Assembly (NCBI GenBank): GCA_043228905.1
Contig: JBHGNT010000002.1
Span: 7,936,001 to 8,000,000, forward strand
DNA length: 64,000 nt
Direction: 5' to 3'
DNA from: Azolla caroliniana
Taxonomy: Eukaryota > Plantae > Polypodiophyta
Part shown: positions 23,992-35,681 of the stretch, piece after piece
Numbering within the stretch: position 1 is the first letter of the stretch
How the letters are laid out: each line of letters begins with the position of its first letter
Made by a program: the position numbers and the translations under genes
The notes under the pieces: generated by a model
The model's database searches: none
Told to the model about the DNA's origin: nothing
What the model saw: the letters and a program-made list of their open reading frames with translations, nothing else

Positions 23992-26018
23992 AATGGCACA
24001 AAATGAGAGAGAACATTGTTGTATTCAATGGAAGTGAAAAGATAAACAATAATTACTAACTAATGACCCTAATCCTTCCCCACCAGGAACACCCCTTGAG
24101 AGTCACAACTACTTCTTTAAATAGAGTTTCATTGGGAGCTCAAACGTTCGTTAGATGAAACGTTTGTGCTTCCGAGATTTATTTTAATATTCTATTATTT
24201 TATTTTATGTAATTGTAACAGTTGTAACACTCTCCCGTTAGTCAAGAAAGTTTCAACCTTGAAACTATTGCATAAAAGTTCCTAAGTCTAGGGCTCTGGT
24301 TGTTGTAGAGGCTCAAGTAGCCATTCAAACCTTGGTTGTAGCAACGCTTCTTCAATTACCCACGACGGTTCGGATAAGGGTTTCCCTCGCCACTTGATGA
24401 AGTAGCGTCTTCTCCATCTACAAACTTGTGTCTTCAAAAGTGCTTCAAGTTCACATCTAATAGTTGCCTCGCGACCCCATGTTTCATATGGGCGAAAACG
24501 TTTGAGCAGGCTAACATGAAAAACATTGCGTATCTTGGAAGCCTTCGGGAGTTGTAATTTGTAGGATACATTGTTGAGTTGTTTGACCATCTTGTACGGT
24601 CCGTAGAACCAATGATTAAACTTGGGCGTGAGGCCCTAAGGTAATGGCCAACTAGCCAAATTGACTAGTACTAAATCCCTTGGGTAAAACTCCATATGTT
24701 CTCGTTTCTTATTGACACGATTGATCATCCGCGACTTTGTTTTTATGAGATGCTCTTGTGTTGCTTGCATCCGGTCCTTCCATTCCACCAAAAAACGAGA
24801 TACATCCAATTTTTCAACTTGTGTCTTCTTAATCGTATGCAATAAAGCAATTGGCGTGAGGACTTCTTTACTTGTGGCAAGCTCGAATGGAGAGAATCTC
24901 GTTGCTGAATGGATTGCAGCATTGTAACAAAATTCGAGCATGTCGATGTGTTCCACCCAGTCCACTGATCCACTTTGACATAACATCAAATGTGGTCTTC
25001 GATGCCTTGATTGAGTCGCTCGGTTTGTCCGTCTGTTTGCGGGTGTGCGAATGATGACATACGGAACTGCGTGCCTAGAATCCGAAACAATTCTTGCCAA
25101 AATCCACGGGTGAACCTTGGATCCCTATCAGACACTATGATTTCTGGTAGCCCGTGATACTTGAAAACATGTTTAAAAAACAAGTGTGCTACATGTTGCG
25201 CTGTTAGAGGTGGTTTTGCTGGCACGAAGTGGGGCTTGTTTAGAAAAGAAATCCACAATTACCATAAGGATGCAAACCCCTTGGATGAGGGTAGATCAAT
25301 TATAAAATCCATGGTTATTGCATCCCATGGACGGGATGGCACCGGCATCTGTTGTAGTAGCCTGAGCACTTTTCCTCGCGCATTCAGGTGTTATGAAGTT
25401 GTGTGTTGCTCCATTGTCTACCATTTGCCTCACAAGCTATGCCCAATGCATTAATTTTTTATGTTAAGAGAAAAAGATTGCTTGGGTTGTTGAATTATTG
25501 TGGCAGTTCTCGGCATTACCTACTTCCAGCCTCTAAACGTGTCGGTCCTCCTTCCGCGTGCCTTCTCCCTTGCGGGCCTCCTGTTGGCACGCCCAATTCC
25601 TCTTCTTCTCTCTCCCATCTTTGATCTTCCATATTGAACCCTTCCACTCTCTAATTCCGTGGCCTCTTGGTCTCCTCGGTCTAGTGCGATCTCCCCTAGT
25701 GTCGTCTGCCACTTCTTCAATCTCTTCTTGTTAGAATGGCTCGCCAATCCTAACCTGGCTCCGATACCAAGTATTACACCAATGGCACAAAATGAGAGGG
25801 AACACTGTTGTATTCAATGGAAGTGAAAAGATCAACAGTAATTACTAACTAATGACCCTAATCCTTCCCCACCTAGAACACCCCTTGAGAATCACAACTA
25901 CTTCTTTAAATAGAGTTTCATTGGGAGCTCAAACGTTCATTAGATGAAACGTTTGTGCTTCCAAGATTTATTTTAATATTCTATTCTTTTATTTTATGTA
26001 ATTGTAACGGTTGTAACA
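23992..26018 (-). mobile_element. Internally deleted Ty3/gypsy chromovirus (gag start fused to integrase + chromodomain); LTRs 25772-26018 and 23992-24229
   Basis: Near-identical ~245-bp LTRs, PBS TGGTATCGGAGCC, PPT. Integrase HGLPEIIVSDRDPRF..HPQTDGQTER, GPY, NVFHVSLLK, chromodomain YFIKWRG...SEPSW. Confidence 0.9.
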
Positions 26019-26099
26019 ATTTAACTTATATTCTAACAAAAAAGTTGTTTGGTGAAGACATAAAAGGCAAATGGTGGAAAACTAACAAAGAGCAAGATG

Positions 26100-26390
26100 C
26101 AATTTGTATGAGAGTGATACACATGTTATTAATTTCCTGAAGACATCCCTAATTGGTGTGGCCTCCTATGGTTTCTAATCTTGATTGCTTAAATAATTTG
26201 TTTGTTGAAGATTTTATTTGCTGAGCAATTTGTATGGCTGCTTGTAGAGATGTAGTGCCCTTGTCAGATATACATCATGTCTAAAGAAGAGCCCCATAAG
26301 AAAAACAAATTGATTTCTTCAGACATAATTGGGTCTACTTGAAGGATTAATTGATTAAATTTTTCAATAACGAATTGGGGCGATCGGTTT
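26100..26390 (-). mobile_element. Decayed gypsy gag remnant
   Basis: Minus frame IEKFNQLILQVDPIMSEEINLFFLMGL...SLQAAIQIAQ resembles retrotransposon gag. Confidence 0.4.
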
Positions 26391-28799
26391 CAAACCCTTT
26401 ATGCTTTAGCAAGAGAAATAATATTAGGGAGCTAATTTAACATTAAACTAACAAGTTCTGCCTTCCTTTCATCCTAATATTTCATGTGTTTTGTCATGTC
26501 TAAATCTACCCGAAGCTCCAAATCTAAACCCTAAATCCAAAAACATAACTCTGACATGAAGTTTCACATGACGACTTCCAACCAAATTGGTCTTCCTTAT
26601 GACATCATATCGATGAAATTGTGACTTGATGGTACTTTATTCGTCAAGTTCTTCTATATATCTCCATTCTTAAATTATGTTCACTTAAAATTTCATGTAA
26701 CAAGAAAAACAAACAACCAATCTACCACATGATCGTAATATATGTTTGATGCTTCTAATTATTACATGTATTTTTATATTGTTGTTAAGTTTACAATGTT
26801 TATTAATTCCTCTCTTTTTTTGCATTCATAGTTGTGCCTTTTCTAGTTAAAATTTTGTTATTCACTCTAAGATTGTACTTAAATGTTTTATAATTAACCT
26901 TTTTTTTTGTCTAATACACTTGTAGTATCTTTTCTTAATGTAATGAGAACTATTTAGGTGTAAATTTAGTACTAGTGATTTTAAGTAAACAAACACAATA
27001 ATGTTCCCTTATCTTTTTCGCTCTTACATAATACGGCGAAGGTGTTTTTAAATGCATGGATGAATATAAAACATAGTAGAATCAACAATATCCAATCAAT
27101 CTGCTGATTCGATCAAGCCCTTTGCATGTACATATATATATATATTGGTATGATGCTTCATTTTTGTATAGACTTTATATTTGTTACCTTTCCTAAGTGA
27201 AGGATTTTTCTAACATAAGAAGTTGAAAATGTATGCACAAAGTGGGACTTGACTTCGAAATATCATCATAAAAAAAAAGTGAATGGCAATGTGGCCATTA
27301 ATGTAGTAGAGCCTTCTCCTCAATTGAGCGTGTAAGTAATAAATCACATGCGCACCATTAATACGAGTAGATGGCTCAACAACTAGCCATTAATACTTCA
27401 ACAATTATAGAGTTCCCCAACGAACATATTCTCATTATTTATTAATGCTAACAAGGTGAATCTAGTTTACCGTTTAGACCCACCGAATAGCATGCATGAA
27501 ATAGAGTATGAAATGGCATTGACAAAGTAGAAAAAAACCAAAGAAACGGTTTCCATGTAAATCCAATTTATATCCCATTGTCCAAGGGTAGGTTTTCTTG
27601 GCCATTCACTTGTGACCCATCCAAGGCATTTGAAAACATGTCAATATGTTTTGAAAGAGTCATCATAGCCTACAGGATTGAAAGAGAAAAGTGTAAACGA
27701 GTAACTTCGTAAATTGCTCATTCAAAACATAAAATAACATATGCCATAATTGATAAGGTATAGTTGTATGTGTATAATTAATTATATGGTGATTAGGTTG
27801 TACAATGTATGTTATAAGCTAGTAATTATTCATAATTATGATCGATTCCTAACAATTTAAGTAAATAAGTGCATGCACCAACCAAACTTTTTTATGCTTT
27901 CATGAGGCATGACTCCTACGCCCTCATCAATTATTTGTGGGTGCATAATCAAATTTTTAATTAATATTTGAAACTTATTATTTATGTCATAAGTAATAAA
28001 AATCTTTTGCATTAATATTGACTCATTAGCGGGTGCAACTCATTACAGACCTTAACGTGTTAAATAGTAAATTGAGATGCATCCAAATATTGCTAGACCC
28101 TAGCATCAAGAATTTTCTCAAATCAATTAGCGAACCATTTGTTACTTTTGTTGCACATGCATTTCCTTCTAAATCTTTCGTGAGAATTGTACTTAATGAA
28201 AATGGAGCCACAACTTATCATTTTGGGAAAGGATTCATGCGCATCGATTAATATAAAAGGGTTTAAAGGAGAAAATTGTTATGTTACTATGACCATAGAA
28301 TTGTTTTAAAGATAAAAACGTGCACGAGACTTGAAAAGACTGTTGTGATCACAATGAGTGAAAGCAATCTTTTTCGTGGATAAGGAAACTTTAGAGCACA
28401 ATCATAAACAAATCTCAAACTCAACGCTCTTAAATTTTAAATTAATTGGTGTTTGCAACCATCAATATACCAAACAAGACCAATTTTGAAGGCTTTATGT
28501 GGAGAGAATGATTTCGAGATAGGGTGGTATAAAGAATATTAAATTTGAATTGTTCATAACAACATAATGTTGATCAATGATAGCTCATGACATATGTGTA
28601 AAACATCATTATTCTATAGTTATTTGGGGTTATGTCGTTGAATATTGTTTTTACAAACTATATTAGGGTTTAAACCTAGTAACTTAGTTTCATGGGCATC
28701 ACTTTTGCAAAATCAACTATTATCTACGTTGTTTTCCTGTTGACTTTTGGTAGTAGCACTTGAATTCTACATGTACAAACCCATTGCCCATATTTGGGG

Positions 28800-30375
28800 T
28801 TTACTCTAGATTGATCAAGCCTTTTGCTTCTTCTTTTTTATTTTGGTGTAACTCTTGGAGGCCATAATCGATCTCTTCTCCATAATCCATAACACCAATG
28901 TCAAGGGAAGAGCACATTAATCAATGGGCCTCATAACTAGTGAGCCATCCTCTATGTAGTGTCATATGAAATCTTGTGCCTAGGTGTTGCAACCATGTGT
29001 ACAAAGTCTCATCCACAAAGAGAGCATCTCACACTCTAAGAATCTCTAATTTCTTTACCTTACTCTTGTCCCATTCTAAGAATACGTTGATTATTAATCC
29101 CAATTTGTAATGAAGTAGACAATTGTCTTACATGCCCATAATTAGGGTTCTTCTAAATTCCACTGTGATAGTCCCTCTAATAATGCCCTTCCTAGAGGTA
29201 GTTGCAGCACGTTGCCTCTCTCAAACAATATTTAACTTCTTCCTTACTCATCATTAGCTTTTGCTCTGTTTCCACCTTACGAACTTTACCCATGAGTGTC
29301 ATATGTTTTATTCTTCCCCACTTAGTCCATTAGCCATCAACCTTTAGTGGATCTCTTCTTCGAGAAGCACTTTGCATACCTCCATGTATGAGAGTGTGAC
29401 ATAATGCTAAAGTTATCATATGAACCAAGAAATGTGCACGCGAGCATCAAATGTTGCAACTCGGGGTTCATTTTCATCTTGAACCATTTCAACTACTAAA
29501 TTATGTAATTGAGCCCATTAATGTGGGTGGTGATTGGATTAGAGTCCTTCATCTGACTCTCATATAACCTCTCAACACTTTCATAATCCAATATTGAGAA
29601 ATATGTATTGTATGCAAGACGGTATCAGATGGTTCATATTGCTATGAAGTGGAGTTCCTTCCAATATTTCATTCTCCATGTTAGGACATCTCTTCTTATA
29701 AAGTAATCTCCACTACCACCTCTAAATCATAACATCATACATTGGATCCTTCCACAAAGACATTTAGGTTCCATTGAACTTCTACTTCATTGAGGTGAGA
29801 AGTCCCCTTAGGAGCTTGTCTTGTGTGAGAGGCCACTCACGGACTCTAGTGAAGCAGATAATGTTCTTTGTTCTATTAGCCTCCTTTCTTAGTTAAACAC
29901 TTGTCTTCTCTTAATGGCTAAATATTCTTCAAATTCTCTCATTCTTCTCTTGCCCATGTGTGTGCTCCACCTCATCAAGAGCATCACCAAACCTTCCAAG
30001 ACTATTCCTCTAAGTTGAACACTTGTCTCCTCTCACCGGCTAAATATTCTTTGAATTCTCTCATTTTCTTTGTGCATGTATGCGCCACCTCATTGAGAGC
30101 ATCACTAAACCTTCCATTTAACTATTCCTCTAGCCATTGTACATGAGCCTCCCACTTTAGTAACGTTTGATGGGATTAGATGACCCAAACACTTGTTGTA
30201 AGTCCTACAAAGATGATCCTACAAGATGACTAAAGGAAAGAATGATGGAAATATCATGACAACACTTAAAGAAAATAGTAGAAAACAAATGGTTACTAAA
30301 GAACTATTGGAGAATGTGGCTTCACTATTCACATATATATGTACCCCAGTATCCAAGTGTGTGTGTGTGTGTGTG

Positions 30376-30418
<43 letters not shown>

Positions 30419-30554
30419 CTCTCTACACGTAGACCAAGTCACAAGTCTAACCTAGACCAACCACCTCAAATCCCTAAGTCTCTCCTTTTTATATTGGAGG
30501 ATTCACGTTAGTTCGAGCTACCTGGTATTTCCATCTAGTATCCTATTTACAACA
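28800..30554 (-). mobile_element. Decayed LTR-retroelement 5' part (gag remnant, possible LTR 30194-30554)
   Basis: Degenerate knuckle-like CCNYL*EGHY*RDY near 29170-29210. 8-bp inverted termini TGTTGTAA...TTACAACA. No TSD or clear PBS. Confidence 0.35.
29896..30133. repeat. ~122-bp tandem duplication (2 diverged copies)
   Basis: AACACTTGTC..CTC...GGCTAAATATTCTT.AATTCTCTCATT...GAGCATCAC.AAACCTTCCA occurs twice. Confidence 0.8.
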
Positions 30555-30836
30555 CTCATGGTCTCTACACATTTTACGTAGTAAGTGCAATATGGGTTTT
30601 ACATAGTAACTTTGATCAAACTAACTCAACTATAATCATACTAGCTACCATAGATTTGATTGATTATTCAAACTAATGATTTAAGGGCCTCATAGAATAT
30701 GAATGAAGTGAACAAGAGATTAATTGGACACAATTAACCCAAATGTGGTATAACCAAGATTGTATAGATGTAACAAACAATAGTTTCGGTTGTGTTCATG
30801 AGCTCGATTCAATTATCTCAATAATGGTTAAAATAA

Positions 30837-31173
30837 ACCAATATATTGTAGCAAAGCAAAACATCTTGTTCATCATGATCTTGACACTACCAACTCAACT
30901 ACAATTTGATCACGATCTTGAATATTTGTGGTAAACTCATAACTTCTGCATTCAATCACGGTTCGATTACATTCTTTGGATCTCATGATCACCATCGCCA
31001 AGACACCAATATAATGTAGCAAAGTAAAACATCTTGTTCATCATGATATTGACATTATGAGCTCGACTATAGTTTGATCACATTCTTGAATATTTGTGGC
31101 AAACTCATAACCTTTGGATTCACTTGTGCTTCGATTACATTCTTTGGATCTCATGCTCACCATGACCCCAACA
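30837..31173. repeat. ~168-bp tandem duplication (2 copies)
   Basis: ACCAATATA.TGTAGCAAAG.AAAACATCTTGTTCATCATGAT...TTCGATTACATTCTTTGGATCTCATG occurs twice. Confidence 0.85.
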
Positions 31174-32099
31174 CAACAAACTAAATTCTGGTTTGAAAGT
31201 TTAACACAATGATGGTATGGGAACATTATGTGGATTAAAATACAACAATACAGGTTCTTAATGAGCGCAACTATGTTTTAGCAACACTTTGTAGAGCATC
31301 AAATGTGAACTTGTAATAATGCTTGGACATGAGAGCTCCATGCATGGTGTATACACAACAAACAAATGCCATCCCTATATTACATAAAGTGAGCAAGGAA
31401 TAGAAGAGTCCTACCAAACTCCTACGCGAATTGAATCAAATAGCCTCCTTGGACGCTATGAGGTGGGCACAGGTAGCTCAAGCTCAAACATGGGTGCAAT
31501 TGTCACGGACACACTAACCGTGGATTCGGACGAAGCATGGATGACGGGGCTAAGAGTGTGGAACTTAAGAAGCTGGGAACGACACAAGAGCACGAAGACA
31601 GGGATAAAGATCAAGGAGACAAGATGGAATGAAACGAGAATACTAGATTGACGTGTCAATGACTGGCGTTGAATCCCTTGAAAGGGACCAAGGAGGGTTG
31701 AGCATAACATCTTGTTGACGTGAGGTTGTAGGTTCAATCCTCACCAACTATGTATTTTTATGTCACTGTGTCGTCGCAACGATCACACGCACTCACTCAC
31801 GACGTAATGATGTCACATGCAGCTCAAACATGGGGCGCATTCGACAAGCTAAAAGTCAACTCAAAAGGAACAAAGGGCGAGGGAACATCAAGTGAAGTCA
31901 GTCAACGTGTGGTGGATTGATGACGGAGATATGTGTCATGAACCACGCGAAGAAACCCTCGGGTTCTCATCAGGAGACTCGAAGGGATCTATCCATGGAT
32001 GGTGTATAAAAGGAAGGAAGAAAAAGTGTATGTTTCACGTACTATGTACATACTTACTACTTATGTACTACCTACCACCTTCCGCCCCCCCCCCCCCCC

Positions 32100-32332
32100 T
32101 TCATTAACGCAGCTCTTAACTCCTCTCTGAACTGTCTGCCCCAAAGTGGGCCTATTTTCATAAATATCAAGAACTTGCCCCCCCTCTCTCTCTCTCTCTC
32201 TCTCTGAACCTCCCCTGTCTCTCCCGTCTCTCTCTGTCTCTCTCTGCACCTGTCTCTGCACCCGCTCTAACGCACCCACACAGAGAACAGACGATCTTCA
32301 ATACTCATACTCCTCCTCCTACTCCTCCAAAG
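32100..32332 (+). other. Probable non-coding first exon (5'UTR) of the BAHD gene; intron 32333-33614
   Basis: CT-rich leader, strong donor AAG|GTAAGC at 32332/32333, acceptor TTGCAG directly before ATG 33615. The start position is approximate. Confidence 0.6.
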
Positions 32333-32905
32333 GTAAGCTTTCTCTTTCGTTTCCTTACATTTCCATGTCCTGTTCAGCTTCACGTCTGGACCAAAGGTAC
32401 TCTCCTTATTGAAGAGTTTTCTTTCTCTCTCCCTCTCTCTCCACTCTTAGCTTGATTTTTTTTTTTCAAGTGATAATCGTATTTTTGTTTTCTCCTTCTT
32501 AAGCTTCTGAAGGAAAAGTATTCGTCTTGGCTTAGATTCCACCTATTTTATATGTACCAGCATTTTTCATCCTGTATTTCTATTGTTATCAGGCTTTTGC
32601 TAGCATTCCTCTCTCTCTCTCTCCTGTATTTTTTTAGGCTCTATTAAAAGTACTCTCCAAAATTTGCATCTTTTTAAGCGAATATAGATAGTGGGATCAA
32701 ACCTAGTATTTTAATGTCAGTATGAGATGAGGCTCAGATTAAGTATCTGCTCCATATATATCTAGATCTGTACAGAGTTGTCTAAATATATGTGTGTTTG
32801 CATATATTTGTGTGTATTTATGGTTGCAATTTGTGTATGTGTATATGGATGTTTTTAAGTATTTGTGTGGATGTATGCTTGTATGGCTAATATATAATGG
32901 ATGCT

Positions 32906-32946
<41 letters not shown>

Positions 32947-33227
32947 CCACCCAGTGAAATTGAGTTCTATACATGTATGTGTGCGCACGTATCTTTATGT
33001 ATGTATGTATGAATGTTCATATATACACAGTATACTCAGATGGTGTATACAAACAAGAAATTGAGTTGTATATCTACACAATATGGCGAACAAAATGGCA
33101 TACACGAAACTTTGTCCACATTTCTGGGATCTGTTATCCTGTATATTTGAAATCTTTCATTTTATAAACAAGACAAATACACATAAATATACATCTACAT
33201 ATATTTATATATGCATATGATTGTAAT

Positions 33228-33457
33228 GGGTAAAAGTTTGACATACCCCTGAACTTTTCTTGTTTCCCAAAAATGCCCCTAGTTAACCTCCAATATATAG
33301 AAAAAAGCGGATGAATTGACGGTATTATTGCTCAAGAAGAAACTATAATTGTTCAAGTGGCGCATATAATTTCTCATGTTAGAATGACCAAAAATCTAGG
33401 GGCATTTGCTGAAATAAAGAGAACGTTCATGGGTGTTTGTGAGTTATGTTATTCCCC
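33228..33457. mobile_element. MITE-like element with ~45-bp imperfect terminal inverted repeats
   Basis: CATACCCCTGAACTTTTC..CAAAAATGCCCCTAG pairs with CTAGGGGCATTTG..GAACGTTCATGGGTGTTTG. GGG...CCC ends. Confidence 0.6.
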
Positions 33458-33614
33458 TATTTATATGTATAAAACCACACAATGTGATAAAAATGGCATA
33501 TATACACACATTTATCTCACACACTGAGAATCTATGGCTATAAGTTGGAAGAAAATTTGTTTCTAAAAACACACACATCAGAGATCTTATGGTGATTCTT
33601 TTAATGTGTTGCAG

Positions 33615-35681
33615 ATGGGACTTACACAAGAAATAAATATCCATTCAAGGTTAACTGTGGTGCCAAATAAGCCAACTGCAGCGAAAAAGATACACCCATT
33701 ATCATATTTAGACCACATCATGAAACTTCATACAGTAAAGGCGATATATTACTATGACACATCGAGTGTTAAAGATCGATCAAGTCTCTTGGATGGATTG
33801 AAAAACTCTCTTTGTAAGTCTCTTTCGACTTACCCTTTGTTTGCAGGGAGACTTCAAAAGAAGGAAGATGAGACATGGGAAGTGAAGTGTAATGATGCTG
33901 GAGTCAGAATCTATGAGGCTAAGTGTGACCTCACATTGGCAGAATTCTTCAGCAAGTGTAAGAAAGATCACCAACTTGAGTTTGAACTCAATAGAATGGA
34001 AATCAATGCCGATCATACTATCACACCAGTTTCCGTCATTCAGGTACTTGTGATCGATCAATTTCTTCATAGATCAATTGTTTATTGAATCTATACTCAT
34101 AGAATCTTGGATACAAACTAAAGATAAGACTTTTATATTGGTTGTGATTCAAATATGCATGTTTTAATCATTTTTTTGGATACAACCCCTAAGTATATAT
34201 TGGTTGTCATTCATATGTTCAAATTGTTCACGGCCATTTTTGTTACATTGCATGAAGTTCATGTGAATACTTTGTTATTTGCACACACATAACCTTAATT
34301 AGGAGTCAGTATGAAGGCTAGAGATAAGCCATTCAGATGCAAATCGACCAATGTATAGCCTTCATATTGACGCCTAATCAAGGTTATGTGTGCACAATTA
34401 TCATATTAGATTGACAAACTATGCTTTTGGGTGGAGTTTGGAGAATCAGTATAAAGTCTAGAGAGAAACTATCCTCATGCAAATGAAGTTATTCCTTGCC
34501 TTAATATTAAGACTCCTAATAAAGTTTGAACCTGTGCAATTACGATATTGTTGTATTGCTGAATTAGGATTTATAATTAAGTCTTATGATAACCCACCTG
34601 CATGCAAATGGACCTATCGTACCCTGAATCACGGTTAAGTGTATGCATGATACGATATTATATTGGCAATATATGGTATTATTTGTAATGTATTTTAAGG
34701 TGTAGCAGTTTTTTTTCCCTTTTCCAGTTCACAGAGTTTGGGTGTGGCAACATTGCAATTGGAACTAGTTGGATGCATACCATAGGTGATCCAATGTGTG
34801 GGACACTCTTTATGAAGGCGTGGTCGGAAACATTCCGAGTGGCACAAATCTTGCACCCTCCTTTCTTCCATCCCCCGAGCTTAAAGCCCCGTGACAAGGT
34901 TAACCTTGAAGTGAAATCAAGAGATTATTATACTACCAGTTTCTTCAATGCTCGAGATGAAGATCAAAATGACGAAAAGCCTCAACGTGAAGGTCATAAT
35001 GGTCTTGCCAAGGAGTTTGGAACCATCACGTTGAGTTTCAGTGAAGAGACTGTAGAAAAGATGATAAGTGAGGTGCAAGAAGGGAGCATAAAGTACGGTC
35101 CCCCGACTCCTTCTGATGTTGTATCAGCTCTACTATGGAAGGCCATATTGAGAGCTCAAGGTAAGTCAAAAACCGATGAAGCAAAAGTTTCTTTATGTCT
35201 GGAGTTTCGGAAAATCCATTTGCCCCCATTACCATACGGTTATGTGGGCACTGCTATCCATTTCACTGGCATATCAACGAATGCTGGTGAAGTTCTAAAC
35301 CAGGACTTGTCTTATGCGTCGAGCCTTATCAATGAGAGTAGTGGATTGGTCGATACCGAGGAAGTCCGATCTGTTGTGGATTTGGTTAATGAGATGGAAG
35401 CACAAGGAAAAGAAGTTTTGAAGAAACCTCCTTTCTTATATTCGGATGGTCTCACTATTGCAATTTTCGATTACTTTTTGTGTTATGATGTGGTTTTTGA
35501 TTTTGGTAAGCCGATAAGAGTTGGGTATAGGATCGAGCCATTTAAAGGAGAGGGTCAGCTTGTTGTTTTACCGGGTCCGGAGGGAAAATCATCCAGAGTT
35601 GTTGTGGTTTCCTTGCCAGAGGAAGTGATCAACAACTTGCTTAAAGATGATGAATTATTGAGGGTTTTGCCAGAGTTGTAA
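33615..35681 (+). CDS. BAHD acyltransferase, ECERIFERUM 2/26-like (~460 aa); exons 33615-34043 and 34728-35681
   Basis: HPLSYLD, YPLFAGRL, CNDAGVRIYEA, Q|FTEFGCG, HXXXD = HTIGD, GYVGTAI. The phase-0 intron follows the Q 17 residues before the His, the conserved BAHD intron position. DFGWG is replaced by DFGKP. Confidence 0.92.
34281..34394. repeat. Intronic hairpin, 37-bp arms with 3 mismatches (mini-MITE or hairpin RNA)
   Basis: CACACATAACCTTAATTAGGAGTCAGTATGAAGGCTA (34284-34320) vs reverse complement of 34356-34392. Confidence 0.8.

Noticed and set aside
26400-28800. Possible DNA transposon or gene remnant
   Set aside because: No recognisable motifs, TIRs or consistent frame by eye.
31720-31746. 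B-box-like GGTTCAATCC
   Set aside because: No convincing A box or tRNA structure nearby.
32794-33167. Cys/Val/Tyr-rich ORFs (also 44671-45216)
   Set aside because: Artefacts of (TG)n/(TA)n-rich intron sequence.
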